Part shown: piece after piece, positions 44,187-57,249 of the stretch
Layout of the letters: the number at the start of each line of letters is the position of its first letter
Position numbering within the stretch: the stretch's first letter is position 1
Assembly (NCBI RefSeq): GCF_964204865.1
Contig: NC_135257.1
Coordinates: forward strand, 14,136,001-14,200,000
Direction of reading: 5' to 3'
From: Styela clava
Lineage: Eukaryota
Length of the DNA: 64,000 bases
The notes under the pieces: model-generated
Told to the model about the DNA's origin: nothing
Database searches by the model: none
Seen by the model: only the letters and a program-made list of their open reading frames with translations
Program-made: the position numbers and the translations under genes

Positions 44187-46451
44187 ATGGCGCCTGGACT
44201 TGAAGGTGGGTTGCGTCGTGAATCGAGTCGTATTCAAGAAAGTAATTCTAGAAGAATCCTTGACAACGCTGCGCGAATTCGACGTTTGAATCGGCAGCTT
44301 GAGTCGTTGGAGAAAGATAATTACCAGGTGATTTAATTATCGCCAGACTGGTAGGTACCGGTGGCGGTTCCGTGTAAACTACTGCTGTACCGGTACCGGT
44401 ACTATACCGTACCGTACCGGTACTACCATAAGTTAGTTGTGATACGTCACTGAAGTAAATTCTAATTAAGTAATAGTAAATCATCTGGCTGATTGGTACC
44501 GGTACTGGTAATCAGACATATTTCTGTTATTTACAACTGTTTTGTCTTGTGTCATTGATCTGTGCCCCTCGATCTGTACCGGTACCGGTATATGACAAAA
44601 TGGGGTCTGGTACCGTAACTTAATTTAGTAGGGTACCACGTGCACTTTTAGTTGGCCTGGCTCAACAATTTTTGCTTATGTCATTCCTGACTACGTCACC
44701 GAAAAATTACGTCATTGCGACCTCACAGTGGTGTAATAAGCCACACCAAAGTATGCGGATGGTCGTCCAAAACGCGCAGACCATCATCCGAAATTGAGCA
44801 AGCTATTTCTCTCGTTGTTTAGTTGCAACAATCACGATATGAGAGAGATCGCCGACATTAGCGAGTTCGTTATCGGTCGCGCTGATGTCATTTCGGGCGT
44901 ACTTGTATTTTGACAAGCTTTATGACGTGATGGTGACGTCATAGCGACGTAATTTTTGGATGGCATAGTCAGGTGGAGGTTAGGAATAACATATGCAAAA
45001 TTCGTTATGCTACGCTCACTATACTTTACGCTAATATCACAATACTCTGAATACCAGTCTATCACACAAACCAACAGCGCAGTTTTTTGACTGTTTCCTT
45101 GTTTCAGGCGACTTTTTCGCTCTTGACGAGCATCTGAGCATAGAGAAACTGTTTTTATGGTTTCAGTAAGAATAGAATTTTCAAGTTCTGCGTTATCCAA
45201 TTTATTGCCCAAGTTGCACTTTCTTATCATGTCATTCACATATACAGGAGGATCCTCATACAAACTTGTCCAGTACGAAGAAAAAGGGTCCAAGATTTGG
45301 AATTGAATCTGATGAAGATAACGAAGATACAGAAGGACCAGTGAGTATATTTTTCAGTTTGTTGCAAGCAGAAAAGGATTTTTTTTACACTATGTTACTA
45401 TGAAGTACATTAAAGGCATGAATCTTTATTTGTGCCAATTGGTTTTTCTTCGAAAGCTCAAAGTTTATCACAAATCAAAAAGTTTAAAACTGAATCGAAC
45501 ATCGTAACATGTTGACTAATTTTTAGTTATACAATATTTTTTATAAAGATCATAATTCTCAAAATTAGTTAAGATTGTGAAATAGTTAATAAGTTGAGAT
45601 AGTTCATGATATTCTCTATTATGATGGGCTTTGGATACATGCATCAACAACTGTTCATGAATGTCAATAAGTATTAATTTTATCACAATAGTCCACGAAA
45701 CACTTTGGAAATGCAAAAGATTAAAATAAAGGGTTAAATGTAACGAGTACACAAGTTGCTATAGTATTGATGACAGCTTCAACTACAAGAAAAAATTTTG
45801 TTTAAATATTTCAGGCAGTCAAAAAGAAAAAGAAGACTCGAGGTGATTTTTATAAACAAAGATTCAGAAAAAATATATCCGCTTTGCTTGATGAAGAGCG
45901 CATTCGTCTGCAGGACAAGGACAAAACGAGACCAAACTATTTTGGTGCAGTAGCACCACTTTCTAAGTAAGAGTAATATTATGAGAGATTCTTTAGTCTT
46001 CGATCCCATTGTTAAATACCAGAATTTTGTTGATAGGATTTGCTCAAAAAGGCCTCACATAAACATCTTATAACAGTGTTAAAAATATTCAACAATGCTT
46101 TTTGTGAAAAATAGGTCAATTACTGGATGGTCAAATACAATTAGTGCCAATTCTCACATAACCTGTTTGTTACCTTTGTGTAAAGGAATATCATCAACAT
46201 TATAGTGATGTGATGTACGGTGTATCTAAAGTGACATAATAACGAATATTTTGGCAATTGAGTGTATGACAAGATTCTTTCGTTCTGTCAATTAATGCAA
46301 TCAATAAAATCCCAGGTTTCCTCAAAGACACTTTTGTGCAGTTTGTGGATCTTTGTCCAACTATACATGTGTGTCTTGTGGTGCAAGATATTGTTGTGTA
46401 AAGTGTCTTGGAACCCATAGAGATACACGTTGTTTGAAGTGGACTGTGTAA
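44187..46451 (+). CDS. ZNHIT1: Zinc finger HIT domain-containing protein 1 (SRCAP/SWR1 subunit, Vps71)
   Basis: Exons 44187-44327, 45248-45340, 45815-45966, 46316-46451. RRILDNAARIRRLNRQLESLEKDNYQEDPH, KKKKTRGDFYKQRFRKN, FCAVCG..YTCVSCGARYCCVKCLGTHRDTRCLKWTV*. Confidence 0.96.
44630..45050. mobile_element. Degenerate long-TIR MITE in ZNHIT1 intron 1
   Basis: TTTTGCTTATGTCATTCCTGACTAC..AAAAATTACGTC is inversely repeated as GACGTAATTTTTGG..TAGTCAGG..GGAATAACATATGCAAAA. Confidence 0.5.
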
Positions 46452-46462
46452 TCAAAAGCATA

Positions 46463-47773
46463 ATGGCACAAAGTATCATTGATCAATTGCAAGAGAAAAA
46501 CAACCAACTAGAAGAAGAAATAAAAACTTGCAGAGATTTGTTTAATAATCTAAATGAAGAGAAGGATCTAGAAAGCCATGATAATCGTAGAGCATTCATG
46601 CTGAAGGCTCAGATCTACCAGCTTGAGAGACAATGTATGCTTCTTTCACAAGCACAGTCAAGTCGTGCACAAGTATTAACTGAAATAGAAAGTCAGTTGA
46701 AGAAGATTACAGACATTTTACAACATGCAATATCTGGGAAAACTTCTGGACCAACTGTGCCTATGGATCGTCGGGAACTTATGGATTTAGTGGGAACATT
46801 ACAGAAGCTGAAAAATTCCTTGTATAAACAATCTTCTTTAGAAAGTGCTGATAGTCTTCGAATACAATCTATGATGTCGGGTAGTAAATACGCAAATTCA
46901 CAAAAGCCTGTTGACTGCTATGATGTATGTACAGGACACATAGGACATATTAATTTGAAACAAGTTGCCCATCTTGAACAAGATCTATCAGCACTGTATG
47001 GCCGGCTCTGTGGCTTGAAATATTTTTTGCATTCATCAATCGTTGATGGAAAAGCTGACAAACGAGAAGTTTTAACAAATGCTCCTTCTGCAAAATTAAC
47101 TAAGCCTGTTGTATCCAAAATACATGAAGAAACTAATCAATGTATTGAGGATTTAGCACATTGCTGCAGTGAGCTGGTATCTCTATCACTGTTGTATCCT
47201 AATGCACCTTGGCCTGTGATAAAAAGATCCAAACAGACTGAAATGACACCTGAAAAAATTATGCAAACATTTCCACCAGTTGCACAAAAAAATCGTCAGA
47301 TTCAGTCTTCAGTTAGTTCTGTCTGCAAAATGCATAATTACTTGAATCATATGAATGATTTAAAACTAAATGCAGCAGAACTACAAATTTCTTTTCACAA
47401 AGCGATTTACAAAATACAGCTGGATTATTTAAATGATCTGAGTGAATGCATTATTGAAGCATTTCATAACTCTGAAAGAAACATGTTAAAAACTGTGTGT
47501 GATCCAGTTGCTGCTATCTTGAATTCATGGTATTTATTGAAGCAAGATCAAAGTGGCGATCATCTTAAGAAATTTTTAAGTGATATGAAGCAATATGAAG
47601 GCCAGCTTAAGGCTGTTTCTGAGCTCAAAGTTACTGAAAAAAAATTAACCACTGGAGGAAGTGCTCTTTTGAACAATTTCAAAGAAGCCTTAAATTCAGC
47701 TCTCAAAAAAGTTGAAACTGAATATAAACATAAATTTGCAGATGCAGAAAGACATATTGAACATTATAAATAA
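46463..47773 (+). CDS. Uncharacterised intronless 436-aa coiled-coil protein
   Basis: 1311-nt ORF in AT-rich DNA, first ATG at 46463; heptad-rich N- and C-terminal segments; motif RRAFMLKAQIYQLERQC. Confidence 0.85.
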   Translation: MAQSIIDQLQEKNNQLEEEIKTCRDLFNNLNEEKDLESHDNRRAFMLKAQIYQLERQCMLLSQAQSSRAQVLTEIESQLKKITDILQHAISGKTSGPTVPMDRRELMDLVGTLQKLKNSLYKQSSLESADSLRIQSMMSGSKYANSQKPVDCYDVCTGHIGHINLKQVAHLEQDLSALYGRLCGLKYFLHSSIVDGKADKREVLTNAPSAKLTKPVVSKIHEETNQCIEDLAHCCSELVSLSLLYPNAPWPVIKRSKQTEMTPEKIMQTFPPVAQKNRQIQSSVSSVCKMHNYLNHMNDLKLNAAELQISFHKAIYKIQLDYLNDLSECIIEAFHNSERNMLKTVCDPVAAILNSWYLLKQDQSGDHLKKFLSDMKQYEGQLKAVSELKVTEKKLTTGGSALLNNFKEALNSALKKVETEYKHKFADAERHIEHYK

Positions 47774-48206
47774 ATCATTTCCACTCTTTCGACATTACTT
47801 ATTATACAGTTGGACAGTATACTGGTTTCACTATAAAGAAGATAGTCAGATTATGAGTTAATTTAGGCTATAATATCTATATATTGATAATAATCTGATA
47901 ATTTAATTTTAATAAAATAAGCTCTAGCACGTTGAGGTGGATAATCATGAATTATATAAGTATGTGGATGAAGATCTCATAATATGTCCACCAGACCACC
48001 ACGATATATTTTCTGCAATTAGGAAATTTTGAATAATTGGTGATTAAAATCACAATGATATTATTAGATTTTTTCATATTTCTACTCTCTACCTTAACCG
48101 CCTAGCATAACATGTATTTTACTGTTCTGCTGTTATAACTTCTTTATTTGAACATTTAGGTAAATCTTAATTTCCTAGTAAATACTACGTACATATAAAA
48201 AAAATT

Positions 48207-51200
48207 ATGGCAGAAAAAGAAGATTTGCTTTCCTCAAACAATTTCACCGAAGAAGAGCAACGATGTGCAAGTGATGCATATGATGCTTTTCTCAGAGATA
48301 AATACGATTCCTGCATCTCTGGTTTGAAAAAAATTCAGAAAAATCATCCCGGAGATTGCAAGCTTATGCATAATCGTGCTTTAGCGGAGTATTACAAATC
48401 AGGCCTAACGAAAACAGCCGATTTAAAAAAGGCATTATCTAAGGTACAGCGTTCATTCTTAGTTCGTTTTAAAGCATTTCAAAGTATATCATTTATTTGA
48501 CCATGTCCCTACTTCTTATCCAGGTTCACAAAGTGACTCAACAATCACATCAGGAGGACGATGAGATTACTGAAGAAATAACTTCGAATGAATACTCTGT
48601 TTTGCATTACAATCAGTCTTTACTTTATTATTTCCTGCATCAATACAGGTAATAGTTTTGTCTAAAATATTAAGCTAGTACTGATGTTGTCAAATGTTTA
48701 AACTTCCAATACTCATTGACTAGATTGTAAATTATGACTTATAGTTTGAGTTAGTTTGATAAAGTGTTTCTGTTCTCGTCAAACATGATAGGTCAGTCTG
48801 ACGACTTATCCCATTTTTGTTATCTTCATTCAATTTTAAATATTCAGATGTGAAAGTAGTTATCAATCAATGAATCTTTACAATTATGAATTTTAAATTG
48901 TCCTTCTGGAGATTGAACTTCCAAGCAATAATTTATATCATATATTTTCTCAGGGAGGCTCAAACATTGCTTCAAGCACTCGCAGAAAATCCAGAGGTGG
49001 CGATCAATGTCAGGGAAATATGTTTGTTACTGGTAGAAGTCTATCTCACTAATTATGAACCAGAAAAAGCAGGTTTGTTATCAAGGGTTGGACCAAGTAC
49101 GAAGGCCACGTAGGTCTGGTGCTTGGAAAAAAGATGAATAGGGAAAATAAGACGTGGATCAATTAACCACACAGGCTGTTATACAACCTGCACTTTTTTT
49201 GCATGTTGACTTCAATGGCTCTAACTGAACAGCTGTTCGGTCATTTGTCTGGATATATAGTGTCTATCTGCACTGAGATAAATATTCGTATCGAACAAAG
49301 AGAAACTTCACTTCACATTTTGTCTCCTCACTCAATTTTTATTTTGAAAATGTCATTTCAGTGTTCTGTGGGCAAGACTGATTCAAATAACTACATTTGA
49401 ACTACATTGCATATGCACAACATTAGACTTGATGACTTTGTTAAATTTAAATATGGTTCCCAGAAAAAAAAAAGGTTGAATGTTAACAGGTTTATATCAT
49501 TTTTATATTTTGATAACCGTGCTCACAATCTTCAGCCATAACCATGTTCTATATTTATTCTTTTATTTTTAGTTCGACTCATAAACAAAATTGAAGAAAC
49601 TTTTCTCAAACCTGTTTCACCTCAACAATCAAAACATGGAAACACAAATGATGGAAAAGACAAAGGTATGCTATGGGTGCTTCTCAGTCCGAAATGTAAA
49701 CAGAAACTATTTCCAGAAATTCAATTCTTTCATCTAAAGAGACTCAATGCAACTCTTCATGAAAAAATTTTCAGATTTTTTCTCTTGTATCTATCTCTAT
49801 TGTGAAGTAGTTTCCAAACAATTCTACTCAATATTTCTTTAAATGATAGCATTAGGTCATATTATATCTAATTATTAGGAATTGTGTTTTTAGTCAGTGA
49901 TTTATTGTTTTAGCAAAACCGCAGAAGATTAACATAAAGGAGATGAAAAATTTATTGCCATTGCTGAAAACACGTTGTTGCTTACAGCTGAAATCTATGA
50001 AGGTTTTTTTTTACTTTTCATCATCCGAAATACATAGATAATTTAATAGATTAAATCAAAACAATTTTGATTTGATTGTAAAGATTCATTGGTTGATAAC
50101 ATTTGCAAAAACTATATCGTCTTCTAGGAATTTTGGTCTTGGAGAGACTTGAAAACTTGGCTATGAAATCTTATATTCAATCTTTTTTGCCATATTCATT
50201 CAGATCTCGACGGCTTAATGATGACTGTTTAGTAATGAGAGAAAGGATGTCAGTATAGAATGAAGCAATCAAATATAATTAATCTAACCTTTGTATATTA
50301 CAGGCTTGTAAAAGGGAATTGAAGGCATTCACAAGTCTGGAGAGCAGTCCAGATTTCCCTGCACAAACTATACAATTTATATCTGTATTTTTGAAGAGCA
50401 ATTTTGAATTCCAGGTTGGTTTGTACACTTTTGTATGTGTTAATTAATAGTATTATGTACTCTACTATGTTGTGAAATATAACAAGGGCTGATAGTCAGA
50501 GAAATTGATATCAAACTCGGCATAAGAGAAAGCATTTTTTCAGTTCTGATAATAAACATTGAACAATAAAATAAACTTGTATTTATTTTAGCGTGGTAAT
50601 TTTCACAAAGCATATAAATTGTTGGGTAGTTCACCTCCGTCATCATCTGTCAACACTTCTTGGCTTCAAAATGGAGAATCTTTATCTACCATGTTTTACA
50701 ACAATTTAGGTTTGTATTTTATTCCATGACATTGTGTAGCAGTTGAGACTGATTTAGGGTGTTCATTCATAAATATTAAATCAAATATAAAAATCAAATG
50801 GTACAGCAGAGTGTCCATGGAGTTCAATTTTTCAACAAATTTACCTATGTTATGAAGTCAGTTCTCGATATATCTCAACCATTTTTTTTGAATTTTTAAT
50901 CAGTGTTTATTCAAATTTTTTACTTCATTTAACACAGTAGTAGGAATCAACAAATATATGAACTAATGGCTTGCAATTAGGAATATATAAACACCCTGTA
51001 GCTGTAATCCTATTTTATGGTCTTTTTAAAAAAAATGGTTTTGGCATTTTAAATCGATGATCATTTGCCGAATTTTTTCATATTTTTTTTTTTATTTAGA
51101 AAATAGGGTTTTAGTTATGAATAAAAAAATGTTTGATGAGTCATAAAAGTAATAGTCCTTAATAACTTAAGGATAACTTAATAACTAAGTATAAAAAGGC

Positions 51201-54200
51201 TCGTCTTACTATACATTTTTCAATTAATAATACAATTTTTGTTTCAGGTGTCATACATTTCTATACATCCAAGCATAGCCTTGGAACATTTTATTTGAGT
51301 AAAGCTATCGAGGAGAATGATAAAGCTATCAGTACTAATACTACATCGAGTAAGAAGGGAGATAGCAAACAGCAACAATCAAGTAATACAAAGACAATAC
51401 AAATGCTGAACATGAATAAAAAGTTTGTATCCTGTTTTTCAGTTGTTAGTAACCTGGTCTCCTAATAATTATACAAGAATAGTTACCAGGATTGTCAATA
51501 TTCAAAGAGTTCCATATTCTTTGAATTCTCCTAATTTTTTGATTTTGAGTGATTTGATTTTGATGTAAATTTATAATATTTAAAAAACGAATAATACCTT
51601 TTAAATCTTGACGTAAACGCTAATTTCATTGTAAGATTGATGAAAATACCTAATTATTTAACATGAAATAATAATATAAGTTTTTGTTATATTTTATTAA
51701 ATAATAGTAATCTTGTATATTTTAGCAGTGAAATATGAAAAGGTTCCACACAAATCTAAAAATTTATATTTGTAAACAATATTAGGATTTCATATAGTTT
51801 ATAGTAAAGTATTTTAGGATAACACTGAACTGGCATAAGATTTATATTTTCACAACATATTTATTGGCTTGTCACTCTGAACAAGACTCTTCACAAGAAG
51901 CCATTGATATGAAAGGGAAACGAAATCTTTGAGAATTTACACTTTCAAAATAACTTTATCTTTCATTCACACAGGTTTGAATTGCTTTACAACATGGGAA
52001 TTCAATTGTTATTCTCTGGTAAACCATCAGCCGGATTTGATTGTCTTATTGCTGCTGTGCCGGTATTTTCTTCCAATCCTAGATTGTGGTTGAGACTTGC
52101 TGAATGTTGTATTCAGTGGTGTTGCTCCCCTGATAAATCTGACGGTCAGTATGATGGTTATGATTATACTATTTTGTTATTAAAGATAAATATTCAAGCG
52201 AGTGAGTCTGTGTATGTTTAATCAAAAGATATCAATGCTTAATAATTCGGCATTCTGGAATTTTATTTTGAAATTAATCCAAATATTTTTTAAAAACTAT
52301 TCTGCAGTAAAATTAAGTTTCTAGGTCTAAAGTTTTAACATAAAAAACAAGGTATTAATTATCTGATCTTTAAATTTGTTGAAATAAATTAAATCGACAA
52401 TAATTTGGTATATCTTAATTGTATTGCGTAATACATTTCCATCTACCATCATCCAATCGTGCCAATTCAATTTTATTGTTACTCACAGCTCACAACTCAC
52501 AGAAACATCTATCTGGGCCACTCAGATATACTGTTGTTGGATCAGGGATTCATCAAAAATTAATTTTACATCCTATCACTCAAAATTGGAATGGTAAGTC
52601 AATCGTAATGTTTTTGTTATATATTAACAAAATTTGTGTGAAAAGCTGTCTATCAGCATTGCATCAGTTTAAATAGAAAGGTTAGGAAAATCATATTTAT
52701 TCAGAGGGAAAGAAAAGTCATAAAACGCCTCATTCATAAATGACACCTCACGGCCGCTCGTCTGGTTACCAGCTCTGGTATGTGAATAGTTAACCAGCTG
52801 TTTCAGATGCATCGGCTTAAAGGGGGAATAAGCCTTAACCGACCAGTGGTTACATGAATCACCCTATGATGGCGAGGAGTCAGCAGGCAGCAATCCACTC
52901 GCACATAATCATCCCGCAGGGTAATCAGAGGTGCAATGGTGTATTCCTTAGAAATTTGAACCTTAGATGTGTAATCTGCGATGCCAACACAGGTAGATCT
53001 AACACTTTAACTGCACGGCCATCTTACCACACTTTCTCTATTCGTGCTTATTTACTATTAAGGAATAATAAACAAATTCCTGTGAAATATTTACAGGAGC
53101 AGGAAACTCAGTTATGCCAGGACCAACTTTAGAATTTGCTTCTGTATGCTTGCAAAATGCTTTAACGATATTAGCTGAAGCTGGCATTACTGGTGAGGAA
53201 ATTAAAGAAGGTAGAAAGAATTCCAAGTCAGATGTAAGTATTAAATAAACTTTGAATTTCACGATCCCCCTAGCTCCACCTATACTGGATACATTTCTTT
53301 TTTACCTTTGGGCTCCAAGTCATTTGAGGTTTTTTGGTATAAAAGATCGGCCCAAATGCAGTTTTGCAGATTCGGGACTCAAAACATGATATAAGGGTTT
53401 TAAATTACCAGTAAGCTTCGAACTTTTTTATATACAAATTTAGCTTAAAAATTTTTTAATTAATATTACATAGAAAAAAAGGATGGTTTTCATTATTTGT
53501 ATGAAGTATTAGGTAGCTCCAGCTAATATCGTAAGCTTGGCTCCGGTTTCAGTCCAACAACATCACCGCTCTGACTCTGGATTCCCAGACCTGACTATAA
53601 TTGTTTCAAATTTTTCCAAGTTTCTGTAATTTTACTATTTCGGTTACAGATAAACAAAAAGCCTGTCTTATCGATACCTTGTTTACCTGGAAATCCATTA
53701 GCTGGCCAAGAATTATCGAACTTTCATGCTTCGATACTTGCGAACGGTGCTTTTGTTGCACTCAGTCTTGGCAACAACTTGATGGCATACGAATATTCCA
53801 AACTTCTTCTGCGACTTCCTAATATTTCTGGAAGGCATAAATATCTTGGTAGAATGTATTCTGCAGAAGCTTTGGTGTCTTTAGATAGGATTTCTGACGC
53901 CATTCAACATCTTTCTGGGGATTCTGTTTCTGACATGAGCGATGGATCAGGTATTTTTTTCCAGTTGGTAATGTTACTATATTTATGCCAGCAAAGGTGA
54001 TGGATATAAAAATGGTCGTCTCCATTTTCTTTTTAAACCAGGGATAGAGTAACGGAGCAATACTATGTAAAAATTGTCATTTCTCTGCAATTATGGCTTT
54101 ATAATGCACCAACATCACATTAAAATATATACAGGGATGTCCAAAACGAATCAAATATTCAAATTCGGTCAAAATTCATTACATTCGATATAATAAATCT

Positions 54201-56919
54201 TTGAATTTAGGAATAATTTAGTAGAACATTCTCATTAAAAAATTAGGAATTTTTAACCACCAGATAAGCTGATCTAAAGTTACGATATCCCACTTGGTAA
54301 CAAACAACACTGAGATCAGTGACTCTTGTATTTATGTCGTTTTAGGTATGATCAACATGAAGATATAGTGATTTCTGTAATTTTCCACATGTATTCGGTA
54401 TTCCATAATCGAAAATATTTTCTCAGAATGTATTCGGATTTCGGAATAGTGAAGTATTCCGTTTTGGCCATCCCTGAATATAGAAGTCACCAAAACTCAG
54501 TTTATATAGGTTAATTTCAATATCTTGTTTTCCCTACACTTCAAACAGGTTTGAAAATTTGCTGGCATCTGGTCTAAACCAACATGCATTCAGTTATTTG
54601 GCCTGTTAGGTTAATTACTCCTTTGGTTGAACACATCATATCATGATTGAAAAAGAAATACATAATATTTAACACATTAATATTTTTTCAATTGTTCGCA
54701 GGTGATAGTGGAACCAGATCCCAGTCTCACTCAGATGATTTGTCAAATCAAGTTATTCACAGACCAACTGGACCAAAAACAACACAAATTTGTTTCAAGT
54801 ATGGTATTTCCTAATATTTTATTCTTTCGATTCAATTTTCAAAATAGTAGCTAATCGTGGTCTATGATCGTTGGGGGATCTGACTTCTCAGGTTTAGATT
54901 GATGGTCTGAATCATATTCACTATTGTATTGTTTAGCAATAATATTCTATTCTATTCCTGAAGAATTTCTCTCGTTCAACAGACCTATTGTAGAATATAT
55001 TTGATATGAAAGATTATTTTAGAATGTATTCAGAAAGCTAAATTATTCAGTTTTGGCCATTCCTGCATCGTTGTGGTTTTAAAACTTTGCATGGGTGTTC
55101 AATTTCTGGTAAAAATTGTGAAAAATTGTTTATGAATTTGTGTATAAATTTCAGGTCACCTCAACATGCGCAAGGATGTATGCTTCTCAATTTGGCAGTT
55201 GCTCATACCTTGAGAAGTGAATTTGAGAAGGCACAAAAACTTCTCAACCAATTTGCTTCACTCATATCTCCTCAGGAAGTACCGCCTAATGCTATCTTAT
55301 TAGCGGTTTATATTAATATTCACATGGAAGGTGGATTACCTTTAGCCATGGAGGTTGGTAAATCCTAATACCCTTGTAGATTTTAGCACCAGCTCACAGA
55401 AAGTGTTTTCTAGAAGTTTTGAAGTTGAGAAATGGCTTTACAAAATATTTCTCAGAAAGGCTTTATATAAGCAATTCAGAATATTTACTATTTCGGAATA
55501 ATTTCATCCAGTTCCCAACCCAGATAGGAATTTTGTTGTGTTCGCGGAAGAAATACAAAAATATAACATTGTATATGGTGTAGTTTTACTGGTATTGTTT
55601 AGTTATTTAATATCATCATAATGCATATTTATGGACACATTATAAACTACTCAAACCGCACAAAAGGCAGAGCGTGAGTTGTGCCTAAGTTGCAGAACTA
55701 TATTTAAGGATCCAATAAAAATTGAAGAATTAATCTAAACAGAGTTTTCATGCATAAAGGGGGAGAAATATAGAGGCCCTATTGGGAATATTTTGAAAAA
55801 AGTTTGGAACCATTGCATTAATCAAATCAAGCATAAAATTTTGTGCAAACTTATTGAAACCTGAGAATTTTTGCACAACAGTATTGTCAGAGATATTAAT
55901 TTATATATGCTCGTACGACTGTGCTGAAGACTGCTTTTTCCAATCACCATTTGCCACTATTTCACAGATTCTACAGCATAATTCATTAACACCCCATATG
56001 AATTCTTCTGCAATTGGAAATTTACAAACACATTTCAGGCCTCAACAACCATTGGGTGCCCCAGGTATTTGCTGTTTAATTTACTAGGCGTATACATAGT
56101 GTGAATAGTAAATACCTCACCACATTTATAGATGGCCAATTGTTTTATTATGTATTGGCCTATTCATATATTCGATCTAAGGCAATGGTAAGGTCGATCG
56201 CAAGATTTTGGTAGGACTTCTATTCTACAAAATTATGAAATTAAATTATATCCTTTGCAGTTTGCAGACTGCTGAGATTCAGCTATTCAGTCTGGGCTCT
56301 AAAAACACTCGGTGCGTCAAGTATTTTCTGTTTGGCATGGCCTACCCAATTTATTACACCGTGGGTAAGGTATTGAGCATTGGGTTTAGAATTTTAACGT
56401 TTGATTGCATCATATTCATGGTAACGTCTAACACAATGCTACTAGGCAACCATACCCTTGAACGAAGATCCTAGCTTGTAGCTGTGGATATTCAGTAAGA
56501 AACCACCTTAGTTTTGAAACGACCAGGATGTTCACAGTTCAGCATATGCCTGAAAAAATTAATTGCACCCCACAGTGCTTGGTTGGCTCGGAATTTGCAA
56601 CTGAGATCTTTAGAGGCTATCTCTTGGCAAATAAGACATATCACCATTTAAATGATTTCAATCTGTTTGTTTTTTTTGTATTCTATCATCAGGTGCAAAA
56701 CAGTTTTCATCCACCATGGTAGCGAATTCACCCAACGGAATGAGCAGTAGTAACGGGTCAATTAGCGGAGGAAGTAGTGGATCGAGATCAAAATCTTCTA
56801 CCCCGCAACCCCAGTACAGTAATCCACCTTCTGGGTCGGTAACACCGGAACGGATCGTCAAAGGATCAACAACCAAATCTGATAGCGGAAACACAAAGAC
56901 TAAAAGAGGACGGCGTTAG
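48207..56919 (+). CDS. CNOT10: CCR4-NOT transcription complex subunit 10
   Basis: 16 exons: 48207-48443, 48524-48648, 48954-49072, 49573-49665, 49914-50002, 50304-50414, 50592-50709, 51248-51422, 51975-52144, 52489-52593, 53097-53233, 53650-53950, 54702-54798, 55155-55353, 55968-56064, 56693-56919. Motifs [56 protein letters not shown]. Confidence 0.95.
52745..52960 (-). mobile_element. SINE-like repeat in a CNOT10 intron
   Basis: GC-richer island homologous in reverse to 37945-38125. Confidence 0.5.
54132..54476. mobile_element. hAT MITE in a CNOT10 intron
   Basis: TIR CAGGGATG(T/G)CCAAAACG; TSD AATATATA/AATATAGA. Confidence 0.85.
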
Positions 56920-57249
56920 GAATCATTCTAATATAAATAAAGAACAGTGTTGTCATCAAAATTATTTGCTATATATTGTAAAAATTAGCAAAACATAGTC
57001 ATCTGGCTAGAAAATCGCTGGTCTGTGTAACTACTCCATAATGTAAAATTCAGTAAATATAAATTCTGAATATTGATTCAAATTATCGATACAAATTTCA
57101 AGTGGATTTTATAAATTCTTCTTTTTGTTTGAGTCCGCAGACATCACTATTGAAGTGCAGAGCCATTCCTGTTATAAAAAGCGGTATTGAACCTCTTGAC
57201 TGCCTGGAATTAAGCGTAAGCAATTTGTGTAAAAATCTGGAAATATTAT

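Noticed and set aside
44832-45293. 153-aa minus-strand ORF
   Set aside because: Antisense to ZNHIT1 intron 1/exon 2, TTG start, overlaps a degenerate MITE.
46430-46462. TTG start given for the 447-aa ORF
   Set aside because: It lies inside the ZNHIT1 coding exon; the first ATG is at 46463.
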